Source: Candidatus Moraniibacteriota bacterium | Lineage (GTDB): Bacteria > Patescibacteriota > Minisyncoccia > Moranbacterales > DUUL01 | Direction: 5' to 3' | Assembly (NCBI GenBank): GCA_041583775.1 | Contig: JBFHFF010000004.1 | Span: 66,428-130,427 of the forward strand | Length of the DNA stretch: 64,000 nt | Shown: positions 1 through 10,879 of the stretch, piece after piece | Numbering within the stretch: the stretch's first letter is position 1 | How the letters are laid out: the number at the start of each line of letters is the position of its first letter | Program-made: the position numbers and the translations under genes | The notes under the pieces: generated by a model | Seen by the model: the letters and a program-made list of their open reading frames with translations, nothing else | The model's database searches: none | What the model was told of the DNA's origin: nothing

Positions 1-150
1 GAATTTATCAAAAAAGCATTCTTCTTGATTATATTTTCCATTTTTTAAAAGAACCATTAGAATACTCTACAACAATTAGAATAAAAAAGAAATGTTTTAA
101 AGAATGACTTTATTTCTAATTAAATTTCTCTGCAAATTTCCCTTTTAAAA

Positions 151-196
151 AATCCAAAAACAAAACGCCCCTGACTAAATTATATAAAGTCAGGGG
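151..196 (-). terminator. intrinsic terminator downstream of the 221..604 gene
   Basis: Perfect 9-bp stem cccctgact/agtcagggg (168-176/188-196), followed on the minus strand by a T-rich run. Confidence 0.5.
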
Positions 197-220
197 GTGC
201 AATTAATTGAGGTATGTGTC

Positions 221-604
221 TTAAGGAGATTTTGTCTCATATGGGTCTCTTTGAAACAAAGCCCGATTATGGAAGCTCAATTCACTTTTGGCACTTTCTT
301 TTATTATTTCCAAAAGAGCTTCCTCTCCAATTAATTCTTCGATTATATCTTTTTCGATAAATAAACCGGAAATTCTAACCCTTTGACGCCCCAAGTGAAA
401 GTCAATGTCTTCAGCAGTAATGTTTTGTCGAGGTAATTTTTCCGCAATATACACATGTGGGGGTATTTCAAAAGCAGTATGTGCCCCTATTTCTCTTTGA
501 ATATAATTAACTATATTAGCAAGTTCGGATCTTGCCAAAAAACCAGAAGAGAAAATATTTTCGTATTCATACATTCCAGATTTTTTGTTCATATAAATCT
601 CCAC
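221..604 (-). CDS. hypothetical protein (127 aa; start may be the internal Met at 592)
   Basis: ORF with no motif I recognise. Confidence 0.5.
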   Translation of the reverse strand: MEIYMNKKSGMYEYENIFSSGFLARSELANIVNYIQREIGAHTAFEIPPHVYIAEKLPRQNITAEDIDFHLGRQRVRISGLFIEKDIIEELIGEEALLEIIKESAKSELSFHNRALFQRDPYETKSP

Positions 605-717
605 GGGCTTGGGTTACTCTTGGATGACAAAAGTACTAAAACTACAAATAATAATGCACACTCCCAACCTAAATGTCAATAGTGTATTTGGAAAACATCA
701 ACAAATAAAAGAAAAGG

Positions 718-793
718 GGCAGCAACTCTGAATAGAATTGCTGCCAATTTTTTGATGTCCCGCCTCGGTCCTTTGATTGAAATTAGGCGGGAC
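718..793. terminator. tandem hairpins / bidirectional intrinsic terminator downstream of rmlD
   Basis: ggcagcaa...ttgctgcc 8-bp stem (718-745) flanked by an A-run and a T-run; adjacent 9-bp stem gtcccgcct/aggcgggac (757-793). Confidence 0.5.
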
Positions 794-937
794 GAAATTT
801 CAACACCTTAATAATAACACTTTGATTTTTTTGGTCAATTTATATAAAAAACGAAGAAAAATAAGAAATAAAAAAGGACACAAATGCCATTCCTTGGTCC
901 TTTTTGGTACTTTAAATTATCCAGCACATTTCAACTC

Positions 938-1804
938 TTATTTTCCTAACCACTCCTTCAATGCCTCTTGATAACTTCTTAGTTTTGGAAATTTAGTGTT
1001 CAAAAGCACCGTCGAGGGTGCCCTCTTTGCTGGTCTTGGAAACGCATCTGCGCCAACAGGATTAACCTTTACATTTTCAACTTCAGCAATTTTGAAAAGT
1101 TCCAAAACCCCTTCATACCAAGTAGCTGGTCCTTCGTTTACTAAATGATAAATTCCATATTCGTATTTTTCTTCATATAACCTCTTGACTGAATTCGCCA
1201 AATCAACAACAAAAGTAAAACAAGAGCGCTCATCATCCACAACATTTAGCTCATCACGCTCTTTTGCAAGCGCAAGCATTACCGAAAAAAAACTTTTCTT
1301 AGCATCCTCTGAAATTCCAGGATCTCCAAAAAGTTTTGAGACTCGCACTAGATAAAATTTTTCTCCCACGGCTTTCACATTCTCCTCCCCTATCACCTTT
1401 GAAATGCCATAGTTTGAAATTGGAGTTGTTAGATCATTTTCGGTATATTCCCTTTTTTTGCCATCAAAAATATAATCTGTAACAAATTGAACAAAAGTTG
1501 CATCAAGATTCTTGGCAAGCTCTGCCAGAAAACCTGGAATTTCCCCGTTAAGCTCTTTTGCGAGTGCAAAGGCATCTTCATTTGTTTCTGCTGCATCTAC
1601 ATCATTAAAAGCCACACAGTTAACAATTAAATCAGGCTTTGCAAGTGTGATATTGTCTTTTACTGATTTTTTATTTAGAAGATCTAGGTTCTCCTTGTCC
1701 CAAGCTTGTACATCATATTTTCCATCTTTATAGAAAACTTTCACAATTTCTTTGCCAAGCATCCCTTTTGCACCTAAAATTAGAACTTTTTGCTTTTTTT
1801 TCAT
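938..1804 (-). CDS. rmlD: dTDP-4-dehydrorhamnose reductase
   Basis: N-terminal Rossmann motif LILGAKGMLG, RmlD-like length and sequence, operon with rmlB and rmlC. Confidence 0.85.
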   Translation of the reverse strand: MKKKQKVLILGAKGMLGKEIVKVFYKDGKYDVQAWDKENLDLLNKKSVKDNITLAKPDLIVNCVAFNDVDAAETNEDAFALAKELNGEIPGFLAELAKNLDATFVQFVTDYIFDGKKREYTENDLTTPISNYGISKVIGEENVKAVGEKFYLVRVSKLFGDPGISEDAKKSFFSVMLALAKERDELNVVDDERSCFTFVVDLANSVKRLYEEKYEYGIYHLVNEGPATWYEGVLELFKIAEVENVKVNPVGADAFPRPAKRAPSTVLLNTKFPKLRSYQEALKEWLGK

Positions 1805-1809
1805 TCTTT

Positions 1810-2820
1810 CTATTTATTATACTGTATTTTATAATATTCTTGATACTCACCTGATTTTATCTTTTTCCACCAATCTTGATTTTCTACATACCACTCAACT
1901 GTTTTTTTAATTCCACTTTTAAAATCAATTTGTGGCTCCCAACCTAACTCTTTTCTTGCTTTTGAAAAATCAATTGCATATCTCAAGTCATGTCCTTTTC
2001 TGTCTTCAACATATTCAATTCGATCTTCTCCTTTTTTCATTAAGCTCAAAATTTCTCGAGTTATTTCCATATTTGTTCGTTCTGATGCACCACCAAGACA
2101 ATAAGTCTCTCCTATTTTTCCTTTTTTAATAATCATTTCAACTCCACGATTATGATCGTCAACATGAATCCAATCACGAATATTCTCACCTGTGCCATAT
2201 ACTGGTATTTTCTTTCCTTCGATTAAATTTGTGACAAAAAGTGGAATCAATTTCTCTGGAAACTGATATGGACCATAGTTATTTGAACAATTAGAGATTG
2301 TGATGGGCAATTTATGTGTATGAAAATATGCCCGCACAAGATGGTCAGATGCGGCTTTAGAGGCTGAGTATGGGCTTCTTGGATCATAAGGAGTTTTTTC
2401 ATTGAATGACTCATCTTTCATTCCTAGCGCGCCAAAAACTTCATCAGTTGAAATATGATGAAATCTCACATTTCCATTATTTTTTGCTGCATCAAGTAAA
2501 TTCATTGTTCCATTCACATTTGTTTCCACGAAATCCTTACTACTTAACACTGAACGATCAACATGCGATTCTGCTGCAAAATGAACAACTAGGTCAAACT
2601 TTTCATCCCCAAAAAGATTATTCAGAAATTCTCCATCGCAGATATCTCCTTTAATAAATCTATATCTCTTATTACTCTCTAAGTCTTTAAGATTTTCCAA
2701 ATTTCCAGCATAAGTCAAAGCATCAAGATTAACAATCTCATCTTTTGAATTATTTTTAATCCAATAATGGACAAAATTGGCACCTATAAATCCCGCACCT
2801 CCCGTAACTAAAATCTTCAT
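1810..2820 (-). CDS. rmlB: dTDP-glucose 4,6-dehydratase
   Basis: VTGGAGFIGANFV NAD-binding motif, SDR-extended fold, 336 aa. Confidence 0.9.
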   Translation of the reverse strand: MKILVTGGAGFIGANFVHYWIKNNSKDEIVNLDALTYAGNLENLKDLESNKRYRFIKGDICDGEFLNNLFGDEKFDLVVHFAAESHVDRSVLSSKDFVETNVNGTMNLLDAAKNNGNVRFHHISTDEVFGALGMKDESFNEKTPYDPRSPYSASKAASDHLVRAYFHTHKLPITISNCSNNYGPYQFPEKLIPLFVTNLIEGKKIPVYGTGENIRDWIHVDDHNRGVEMIIKKGKIGETYCLGGASERTNMEITREILSLMKKGEDRIEYVEDRKGHDLRYAIDFSKARKELGWEPQIDFKSGIKKTVEWYVENQDWWKKIKSGEYQEYYKIQYNK

Positions 2821-2835
2821 TTATTTTTAATTTAA

Positions 2836-3390
2836 CTATTTTTTAAAAGGAGTTTTAAAATCCTTAAAGTTCTGTAAATTATTGTCCTTTTCTGAAGTTA
2901 TCGGATTTCTATCAAGTGGCCACTCAATAGCTAGTATTGGATCATTCCAAACAATTCCACTATCCGATTCTGGAGCATATAAATTATCAACTTTGTAAAC
3001 AAATTCTGTGTTTTCCTCTAATGTGCAAAAAGCGTGAGCAAATCCCCTTGGAATATATAACATTTTCTTATTTTTTGCAGAAAGTTCAAATCCCTCCCAT
3101 TGTCCAAATGTGGCAGAGTCTTCCCTTAAATCTACAATAACATCATAGACACTGCCCGCAACAACTCTAACGAGTTTTGATTGAGCATTAGGTGGAAGTT
3201 GAAAGTGCAACCCTCTCAAAACCCCCTTCTCAACTGAGAGCGAATGGTTGTCTTGAACAAAATCATCTTTGATTCCATTTTTTGCAAATAGCTCTTTTGA
3301 ATATGATTCTAAAAAGAAGCCTCTGTGATCTTCAAATACCTTTGGCTCAATTAAAAAAGCACCTTCAAATTTTGTTTTGATAAAATTCAT
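2836..3390 (-). CDS. rmlC: dTDP-4-dehydrorhamnose 3,5-epimerase
   Basis: Cupin-type RmlC sequence (FEDHRGFF...), 184 aa. Confidence 0.85.
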   Translation of the reverse strand: MNFIKTKFEGAFLIEPKVFEDHRGFFLESYSKELFAKNGIKDDFVQDNHSLSVEKGVLRGLHFQLPPNAQSKLVRVVAGSVYDVIVDLREDSATFGQWEGFELSAKNKKMLYIPRGFAHAFCTLEENTEFVYKVDNLYAPESDSGIVWNDPILAIEWPLDRNPITSEKDNNLQNFKDFKTPFKK

Positions 3391-3477
3391 TATCTATTTA
3401 TTTTTAAAGTTAATTAAAAGCAAAATAATTTTAGCACGCGAAATTATTTTTTAAAAGCTTTGATAAAATATAATAAA

Positions 3478-3508
3478 AATGCCTCAGTTTAAAACTGAGG
3501 CATTTTTA
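3478..3508. terminator. bidirectional intrinsic terminator
   Basis: 12-bp perfect stem aatgcctcagtt/aactgaggcatt with a 3-nt loop (taa), A-run before and T-run after. Confidence 0.65.
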
Positions 3509-3520
3509 TTATATTAAATT

Positions 3521-4909
3521 CTATTCTTCTTTGCTAATCTCCCAGTCTTCCCTCAATTCAACTTCATATCCTGAGCCCTTACCTTCCTTATCTATAATTT
3601 TAATCTTACCTGCGACTGAAGCAATCCCTGATTGCTTTTGAATAAGAATTTTGTAGTCTTCAAAAGTTACATTCTCAGGTAAATCATATGCAAATGAAAT
3701 CGTTTTAATCGTTCCAACGGGAACATTTACAATTCCACCAAAGAATTTCTTACCTCCCTCGGTTCCATACTTAATCTGAGAAATATTCTCGGAACTCGCC
3801 AACCAACTGTTATTTGGCACAAAAATTCTCAAATAAGAGCTGTAGTCCTTAATATACCAATTTCTTTGCCTTCCTGTATGACTATAGACAATATCCAATG
3901 TTGCTCGTGGCTTTTCTTGAGAAAAATCAATTGTATAATCAAAAGTTCGCTTCATTACTTGATCAGTCTTATATGAAGCCAAATTTGCATCAACCATCAT
4001 TAAAAAATCTTGTTGTGCATCTTTTAGTTTTCCGTCCCAACCAAGTGTTTTAATTTTTTCCTGAAGTTCGACATCCTTGAAATAAACCATCACATCCTTT
4101 TCATTTAAATGCTTCTCCGCCTTTTCCAATAGCATTCTCTTGTCAGAAAGACTCATTTTTTCAGCTTTTTTTAAAATTGCTTTTGCCAAATCTTTCATTA
4201 TATATTTTCTTTCACCCTCGGATATACCTTGCTCTACATAACCTTTTTCGACTTGATATTGAAGTTTTTCAATAGCATTTTCAGCATTATATTCCCCTGA
4301 AAAACCAGGAATCGTTACGGGTCCTGTAATTTCCAAAAATGAAGGTAGCAACTTTGTAGAGATAGCAACTACACCATCAAGGCTCTCCGCCCCACCCTCA
4401 AGACGATACAATTCTTCTGCTTTTTCTGCGTTTACCATAAAATCTGGTGACCAATTTGAATCTCTTAATTCCCAATCAGAAACTCCTAAAAGAGCTTCCA
4501 TTGGAAATGGTGGTGTAACTTTTGTATCAACCCCAGAATCAAATACATTTGTATCATGAGTATCTATTGCAATAACACTCTCCCCCTTAATCTTTAAAAT
4601 ACCAAAAGAACCTATGTATCCGCCCCCGGGACGCAATTCGTTGTTGTTTTGAAATAAAATCAAAAAAGTTTTTTCTTTATTTGTTGCTATTTCCGGAACT
4701 ATACTAAAAATCGTAGTTAGTTCTTCTTTTCTTTCATCGTCAATTGGCAAAACCTTAACAACTGAATTTGCAACCTTACTAATTGATACAAATTTGTTGT
4801 TATTTGTTATTTGCAAAAAAAAGTACCAACCAGTTAAAAATAGAATCGCAACAATCCAAAATTTCAATAGAAATTTATTTTGACGACTTTTTTTATCCAT
4901 ATCCAACAT
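3521..4909 (-). CDS. membrane-anchored protein, DUF4012-like
   Basis: N-terminal TM helix and a PGGGYIGSFG motif region; family assignment from memory only. Confidence 0.45.
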   Translation of the reverse strand: MLDMDKKSRQNKFLLKFWIVAILFLTGWYFFLQITNNNKFVSISKVANSVVKVLPIDDERKEELTTIFSIVPEIATNKEKTFLILFQNNNELRPGGGYIGSFGILKIKGESVIAIDTHDTNVFDSGVDTKVTPPFPMEALLGVSDWELRDSNWSPDFMVNAEKAEELYRLEGGAESLDGVVAISTKLLPSFLEITGPVTIPGFSGEYNAENAIEKLQYQVEKGYVEQGISEGERKYIMKDLAKAILKKAEKMSLSDKRMLLEKAEKHLNEKDVMVYFKDVELQEKIKTLGWDGKLKDAQQDFLMMVDANLASYKTDQVMKRTFDYTIDFSQEKPRATLDIVYSHTGRQRNWYIKDYSSYLRIFVPNNSWLASSENISQIKYGTEGGKKFFGGIVNVPVGTIKTISFAYDLPENVTFEDYKILIQKQSGIASVAGKIKIIDKEGKGSGYEVELREDWEISKEE

Positions 4910-4957
4910 ATTTTTTAAATTAAATCTTTTAATAAAATTATTCTTTCTTCCTATTCC

Positions 4958-6496
4958 CTAATCTATTAACTTTGTTTCAGTTAAGCCAAAAACAATCTGT
5001 CTTTGTTTTAGGTTAAGTATTGCACCGTATAGAACCCAGAAAACTAATGCCGCAGGTCCAAAAAGCAAAGTGTTGCTTGTTAAACCCATAAGCAAAAATT
5101 CAAAATAAATCGCAATAATCATTATCAGCCAAATTCTCTTTGAGCCATCCGATCTAATATAAACACCTCTTAGATCTTTAAAATATTGATACAAAGCACC
5201 CAAAAAAACAGTAATCCCTATCAAACCAAAGTTATTCCAAATAACTAAATATGAATTATGTATTCTCTCTTCACTTCCAGATTGATTTGCCTTATCCACC
5301 TTCCAGCCGCTTCCCCAAATAAAGTTTTGTTTAATTTGCTCAAAACCAGAAAACCAATTTTGCAAACCTTCTCTTTGTTCAATGCTTACTGGATGAAAAG
5401 ATGGAAGAATCAATGTTAAGGTGATCAAAAAAACTGCCATCGACGAAATCAACCGGGCTTTTCTTAAAAGAATTCCCACTATAAACAAGCCAATCCCCAA
5501 AGCTATCAATGCAATATATGAAAAAGTCAGCATAAGAGCAACGCCTTGGATTAACAGTAAAAAAAATAACATTGTCTTACTTCTTAGAAATTTTGAAATA
5601 TTCTCACGAACAAAACTTTCTTTTATTCGTTGGAATAACCTTTCTCTTAAAAAGTTAGCCCTCTCGATTGAATATGCAGAATCAAAAAGTTTAACTTTTT
5701 CCTCAATTATACTTAATGGCCTGATCTTTTTTGATCGTTTTTTAGCGTTTAAAATCATTCCGATTGTAATAGTAATCGATATTAAAAGTAGTGGCGCAAG
5801 CGCATTAGCACCAACCCTTAAAATAAATCCATCACCCAAAAAACCATTCACTTGATATGTAACGGAAGAAAAAATTGGACTCTGAACCTTTCCGGCTGAA
5901 ATACCAAGTCCACTAGAAGATTGCCAAGATATTAAAAAAGCAATAATTCCAAAAATCGAATGTGCAACACCTGCTGTCACTAATAGACTAAAAAATCTTT
6001 TTAAACGCTTTTGTGTTTGAAAGAAATAGTGAAAAGTTGTTAAAATTAACCAATAAAAAAGAATCGCAAAACTAAGAGACCAAACGCTACTATCTATTTC
6101 AACACTAAAATATTTCCCAAAAGAAACAATGCTCAATCCTGAGATTAGGAGCAATAAAAAATAAAAAGTTAGTTTATTCAAAGAAACTTTTACATTTTCA
6201 AAAACAATTGAGATTAGCCCAATAAAGGCAAGGAGCGTTAACAATAAATCCGAAATAGTTGTGGTGTTTGGAGTTATTTTTGTTGAAGGAAACATTATTA
6301 CAATCAAAAAAAGAAAGAGCCACCCCCTGGAAAAACTTTTCTGAAAAACCGCAACCGAGATAAATAACAGTAGTGTTGCTGCGGCTAATGTAAAATTCAA
6401 AGTAGTGACTAAAATCAACGCAAAAGCAACAATTCCTGTTGCCAAAGTAATTGCAGTCTCTTTTAAGCTATTTCTAACAAAATTTACTAATTCCAC
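4958..6496 (-). CDS. polytopic membrane protein, O-antigen ligase/polymerase-like (Wzy_C)
   Basis: Many TM helices; HNSYLVIWNNFGLIGITVF matches the Wzy_C H..NxxL..ExG signature. Confidence 0.6.
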   Translation of the reverse strand: MELVNFVRNSLKETAITLATGIVAFALILVTTLNFTLAAATLLLFISVAVFQKSFSRGWLFLFLIVIMFPSTKITPNTTTISDLLLTLLAFIGLISIVFENVKVSLNKLTFYFLLLLISGLSIVSFGKYFSVEIDSSVWSLSFAILFYWLILTTFHYFFQTQKRLKRFFSLLVTAGVAHSIFGIIAFLISWQSSSGLGISAGKVQSPIFSSVTYQVNGFLGDGFILRVGANALAPLLLISITITIGMILNAKKRSKKIRPLSIIEEKVKLFDSAYSIERANFLRERLFQRIKESFVRENISKFLRSKTMLFFLLLIQGVALMLTFSYIALIALGIGLFIVGILLRKARLISSMAVFLITLTLILPSFHPVSIEQREGLQNWFSGFEQIKQNFIWGSGWKVDKANQSGSEERIHNSYLVIWNNFGLIGITVFLGALYQYFKDLRGVYIRSDGSKRIWLIMIIAIYFEFLLMGLTSNTLLFGPAALVFWVLYGAILNLKQRQIVFGLTETKLID

Positions 6497-6728
6497 TTTG
6501 CTATAAATTCAAAAATTAAATTACCTTAAGCTTTTATCTCTAAATTGTTTTAATATAGCATAAAATTAAATATTTGGCAAGTGTTTTAAAAACTTGAATT
6601 TATCTCTTTCTTCCCCTATACTTTAAGTGTATAAATTAGACAACTTCTATTTAAAGATAAATTCAAAAAGACTTGAAATAAGAACTTTCTTTGTCTAAAA
6701 ATTCCTTAAAATAAAAAATTCAATATAA

Positions 6729-8147
6729 ATGAATATGAAAAAATTTTTAAACTACGCACCTTTGGTATCTGCGTTGCTTTTTTTAATAACATTACCGCTA
6801 AATATGCGGATTGTTTTTAATTTCGAAGAAATAAGGCAAATAGAAGGATTTCGTGAGAATGTTTCCATTTCTCTTTTTTCTTTTGATATCATCCTGCTGT
6901 TATTGCTAATTTTTTCCCTACCCCCCTTGTTAAAATTTAGAAAGTTTAATTATACACTTAGCAATGCTAAGAATTTTTTTAAAAACCCCCTAAACCCCCT
7001 AAACCTCCTAATTTTATGGTTTCTCATATCTCTTTTATTCGCCGTTAATTTTCAAATTGCTTTCTATGTTACTATGCGACTCTTGATTGCAATTATAGCA
7101 TTTTCACTGCTATACAAAGTTTTAAATAGTAAGAGAGAGTTTTTTGTCTTTGCATCATTCGCACTCTTTGTTTCTGGTTTCGTCCAGAGTGTTATTGGAA
7201 TTTTTCAATTCATTTTTCAAAAATCAATTGGTTTAAAATTTTTCGGCGAAAGTGATATCGCAAACACCATCGCTGGAGTTGCTAAATTTGAAATGGCTGG
7301 CAGTAAAATAATCAGGGCATATGGCACATTTCCTCACCCCAATGTTTTTGCCGCTTTTCTACTACTATCTTTCACTGCTGGAATCTGGCTAGTTTTATAC
7401 GCAAATTTTTCAAAAAAATCTAGTTTTTTGAATATTTTTATGCCCAGCGCTTTATCAGTCATTATTGCCGGAATCGCACTTTCCTATTCTCGTTCCGTTA
7501 TTCTCATCTTCATTGTCTTTGTGTTAATATTACTTTTCACTCACAAGGAAAAAGGATTACAAATCTTCAGACAAATTTGTGGACATCTTCATATACCCAG
7601 AATGCTTCAGAGCTCTTTTGGTATCTTGCTAATTTTTTCGTTATTATTTGTTTCATACAACACACTTTCCCCTCGTATCTGTATTAGCCATTGCTCAAAT
7701 GACAATTCCATTAATTTACGGCTCAAATATTTAAAAACCGCCTGTTCCACTATTGTTACACATCCACTGCAAGGGGTTGGAATGGGAAATTTTGTCACTT
7801 TCCAAAAAGAAAGAGGGGTAAAAAACATAGAACCTTGGGAACAACAACCAGTTCACAATCTCTATCTTCTAATTACTAGCGAAATTGGATTAATTGGACT
7901 AACCCTGTTCCTGTATACAGTTATTTGCTTAGGATTAATTTTTAGAAGAGGTTTTTTCAGAAGACTACACAACCCATTTACTTTATGTTTTTTTGGTTTT
8001 TTAGCTCTTGGCTTCATTGATCATTATTTCTGGACACTACCTCAAGGAATGCTTATTTTCTGGGCTTGTCTTGCATTTTTTCACTCATCCGTTAAGATTA
8101 CTAAAGTTCAAAAAACGGCAACTATTCCGAAAAATATTCAGTCTTAA
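6729..8147 (+). CDS. second O-antigen ligase/polymerase-like (Wzy_C) membrane protein
   Basis: Polytopic; HNLYLLITSEIGLIGLTLF Wzy_C-like motif; divergent from the previous gene. Confidence 0.6.
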   Translation: MNMKKFLNYAPLVSALLFLITLPLNMRIVFNFEEIRQIEGFRENVSISLFSFDIILLLLLIFSLPPLLKFRKFNYTLSNAKNFFKNPLNPLNLLILWFLISLLFAVNFQIAFYVTMRLLIAIIAFSLLYKVLNSKREFFVFASFALFVSGFVQSVIGIFQFIFQKSIGLKFFGESDIANTIAGVAKFEMAGSKIIRAYGTFPHPNVFAAFLLLSFTAGIWLVLYANFSKKSSFLNIFMPSALSVIIAGIALSYSRSVILIFIVFVLILLFTHKEKGLQIFRQICGHLHIPRMLQSSFGILLIFSLLFVSYNTLSPRICISHCSNDNSINLRLKYLKTACSTIVTHPLQGVGMGNFVTFQKERGVKNIEPWEQQPVHNLYLLITSEIGLIGLTLFLYTVICLGLIFRRGFFRRLHNPFTLCFFGFLALGFIDHYFWTLPQGMLIFWACLAFFHSSVKITKVQKTATIPKNIQS

Positions 8148-8159
8148 TTCTATATAAAA

Positions 8160-10847
8160 ATGTCAAAAAAAGAAACAAGGGAAATTGCAAAAACTTACTC
8201 ACCCAAAGATTATGAAGAAGAGATCTACAAAAAGTGGGAATCTTCAGGAGCTTTCAATCCTAAAAATCTTAAACTTCCAGAAAATGCAAAGGGTTATTCG
8301 ATTGTAATGCCACCACCAAATGTGACTGGGACTTTGCATATGGGCCATGCTGGAATGTTGGCATATCAAGATATTTTGACACGATTCCATAGAATGCGGG
8401 GATTTAGAGCGCTTTGGCTTCCTGGCACTGATCATGCTGCCATTGCAACACAAACGAAGGTTGAAAAGCTTATTAAAGAAGAAGGGCTTTCTAGACATTC
8501 TCTTGGCAGAAAAGCATTTCTTGCTAGAGTTGATGAATTCGCACAAAAATCCCATGATACTATCGAAAATCAAATCAAGAAAATGGGATCCTCTTGTGAC
8601 TGGTCAAGAGAGGCTTTCACTTTAGATAAAACCAGGAATAAGGCCGTAAATCTAGTTTTCAAATTGATGTATGAAGACGGTTTAATCTACCGAGGAGAGC
8701 GTGTTGTTAATTGGTGTCCTCGTTGTCACAGCACACTAGCTGATGATGAGGTTGAATATAAAGAAGAAACTGGAAAACTTTATTGGTTAAAATATGGTCC
8801 TTTTGTACTTGCCACTGCCCGACCAGAGACAAAGCTTGGCGACACGGCCGTTGCAGTTCATCCTAGCGACAAACGCTACAAAGAAATGGTGGGTAAAGAT
8901 TATGAAATCCAAGGAGTTTTGGGGAAATTTACAGTTAAGGTAATTGCTGATCGCTCAGTTGACCCAGAATTTGGTTCAGGCGCTGTAAAGGTAACTCCTG
9001 CACATAGTTTTATTGATAATGAAATAGCTGCAAGGCACGGAATTCCTATGAAGAAAATCATAGATGAAGATGGGAAAATGATGGATAATTGTGGGAAATA
9101 TACAGGAATGACAACACTTGAAGCCCGAGAAGCCATTGTTAAAGATATGCAAGAAATGGGATTGATTGATCATATAGAAGAAAATTATGAACATAAACTC
9201 TCTCTTTGTTATCGCTGTGACACTGTGATTGAGCCACTTCCCTCCTTACAATGGTTTATTGATGTTAACAAAAAAACCAATAACTTAGGAGGAAAATCCA
9301 TTAAAGAAATTTGTGTTGAAGCTGTAAAAAGTGGTGTTTTTGAAAAAGAAAAAATCAATATCATTCCCGAGCGTTTTGAAAAAAACTATTTCAACTGGAT
9401 GAACGATCTCCGTGATTGGTGCATATCTCGTCAAATTTGGTACGGACACAGAGTTCCTGTTTGGTATAAAGACGAAGAAATTTTCGTAGGAGAAGAAGCT
9501 CCTGCTGAGGAAGGTTGGTTACAAGATGAAGACACTCTTGATACTTGGTTTTCTTCTGGAATGTGGACCTTTTCAACTCTTGCTAATAACCCTGAACAGA
9601 TCAAGATTAAAAATGGAAAGCTTGTTATAAATTCTGCCGATTTCAAAAATTTTCACCCTACAAATGTCCTAGAAACTGGCTATGATATTTTGTTTTTCTG
9701 GGTTGCAAGAATGATTATTATGACAACATATGCTATCGGGGATATTCCTTTTAAAGATGTCTACCTACACGGATTGATTTTGGATGAAAATGGAAAAAAA
9801 ATGTCTAAATCAAAAGGAAATGTAATTGATCCACTTGATATGATTGAAAAATTTGGAACAGATGCAACGCGACTCTCTTTGGTTATCGGGTCCACTCCAG
9901 GAAAGGATATTAAACTTTCGGAAGGGAAAATTGAGAGTATGCGAAATATGGTAAATAAACTTTGGAACATTTCACGATACATCATCCAAACTATCGAGGT
10001 TGATAACTCACCTATAGATAAAACAAAGTTAACCATTGCTGATAAAACTATTTTACAAGGAACCAGAAATCTAATTGAAAAAGTTTCTTCTGACTTGAAG
10101 GAATATAAATTTTCCAGATCTGCTGAACTTTTGAAAGATTTTTCTTGGAATGAACTCGCTGATTGGTATCTAGAGGCAACAAAATTTGATAGCGGAACAG
10201 AAAAGAAAAAAGTTCTAACGCTTGTTCTAAAAGATCTTTTAAAAATCTGGCACCCTTTTATTCCTTTTGTAACAGAAACCATTTGGGAACAATTTAATGA
10301 CTCTTTATTGTTAACAGAAAAGTGGCCCACCATAAAACAATATAATGACATTCTTAGTGATTTTGACGATACAGACCTTCATCTTTTTGACAAAACCAAG
10401 GAAATTATTTCCGCAATCAGGAACATTCGAGCTGAATACAAAGTTGCACCAGACAAGAAAATCGAAGTCATAATCTACGCAGGAGATAAAACAGACTTCA
10501 TTCGCTCACAAGAAACTCTTATCAAAAAGTTAAAAACGGGTATTGGAAGACTAATAATAGAAAGGAGTGGTAATAAAATTGCTAACGCTGTTTATATTTC
10601 TCAAAGCGAAGTGGAAATTTATATTCCATTTGGAGGTTTGGTTGATGCAGAAAAAGAAAGGAACCGACTAAATGAAGAACTTTCACAAGTTAGAAAATAT
10701 CTCAATTCGATTAAGAAAAAACTTCAAAACAAAGCATTTATTGAAAATGCTCCAAAAGAAATTGTTGCAAAAGAAGAGGAAAAAATCGCTTTAGCTGAAG
10801 AAAAAATCAAGAAAATAGAAATCTTCATTAAACAACTGTCCAACTAA
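8160..10847 (+). CDS. valS: valyl-tRNA synthetase
   Basis: PPPNVTGTLHMGHA (HIGH) and KMSKSKGN motifs, 895 aa, C-terminal coiled coil. Confidence 0.95.
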   Translation: MSKKETREIAKTYSPKDYEEEIYKKWESSGAFNPKNLKLPENAKGYSIVMPPPNVTGTLHMGHAGMLAYQDILTRFHRMRGFRALWLPGTDHAAIATQTKVEKLIKEEGLSRHSLGRKAFLARVDEFAQKSHDTIENQIKKMGSSCDWSREAFTLDKTRNKAVNLVFKLMYEDGLIYRGERVVNWCPRCHSTLADDEVEYKEETGKLYWLKYGPFVLATARPETKLGDTAVAVHPSDKRYKEMVGKDYEIQGVLGKFTVKVIADRSVDPEFGSGAVKVTPAHSFIDNEIAARHGIPMKKIIDEDGKMMDNCGKYTGMTTLEAREAIVKDMQEMGLIDHIEENYEHKLSLCYRCDTVIEPLPSLQWFIDVNKKTNNLGGKSIKEICVEAVKSGVFEKEKINIIPERFEKNYFNWMNDLRDWCISRQIWYGHRVPVWYKDEEIFVGEEAPAEEGWLQDEDTLDTWFSSGMWTFSTLANNPEQIKIKNGKLVINSADFKNFHPTNVLETGYDILFFWVARMIIMTTYAIGDIPFKDVYLHGLILDENGKKMSKSKGNVIDPLDMIEKFGTDATRLSLVIGSTPGKDIKLSEGKIESMRNMVNKLWNISRYIIQTIEVDNSPIDKTKLTIADKTILQGTRNLIEKVSSDLKEYKFSRSAELLKDFSWNELADWYLEATKFDSGTEKKKVLTLVLKDLLKIWHPFIPFVTETIWEQFNDSLLLTEKWPTIKQYNDILSDFDDTDLHLFDKTKEIISAIRNIRAEYKVAPDKKIEVIIYAGDKTDFIRSQETLIKKLKTGIGRLIIERSGNKIANAVYISQSEVEIYIPFGGLVDAEKERNRLNEELSQVRKYLNSIKKKLQNKAFIENAPKEIVAKEEEKIALAEEKIKKIEIFIKQLSN

Positions 10848-10879
10848 TTCAAGGTGTCGGGTGTAAAACAAAAATCAAA

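Noticed and set aside
5421-5855. Antisense ORFs inside large genes (also 8244-8573, 9761-10351, 18186-18671, 37242-37547, 43107-43490 and 45353-45703)
   Set aside because: These are shadow ORFs opposite well-supported housekeeping genes in AT-rich DNA.
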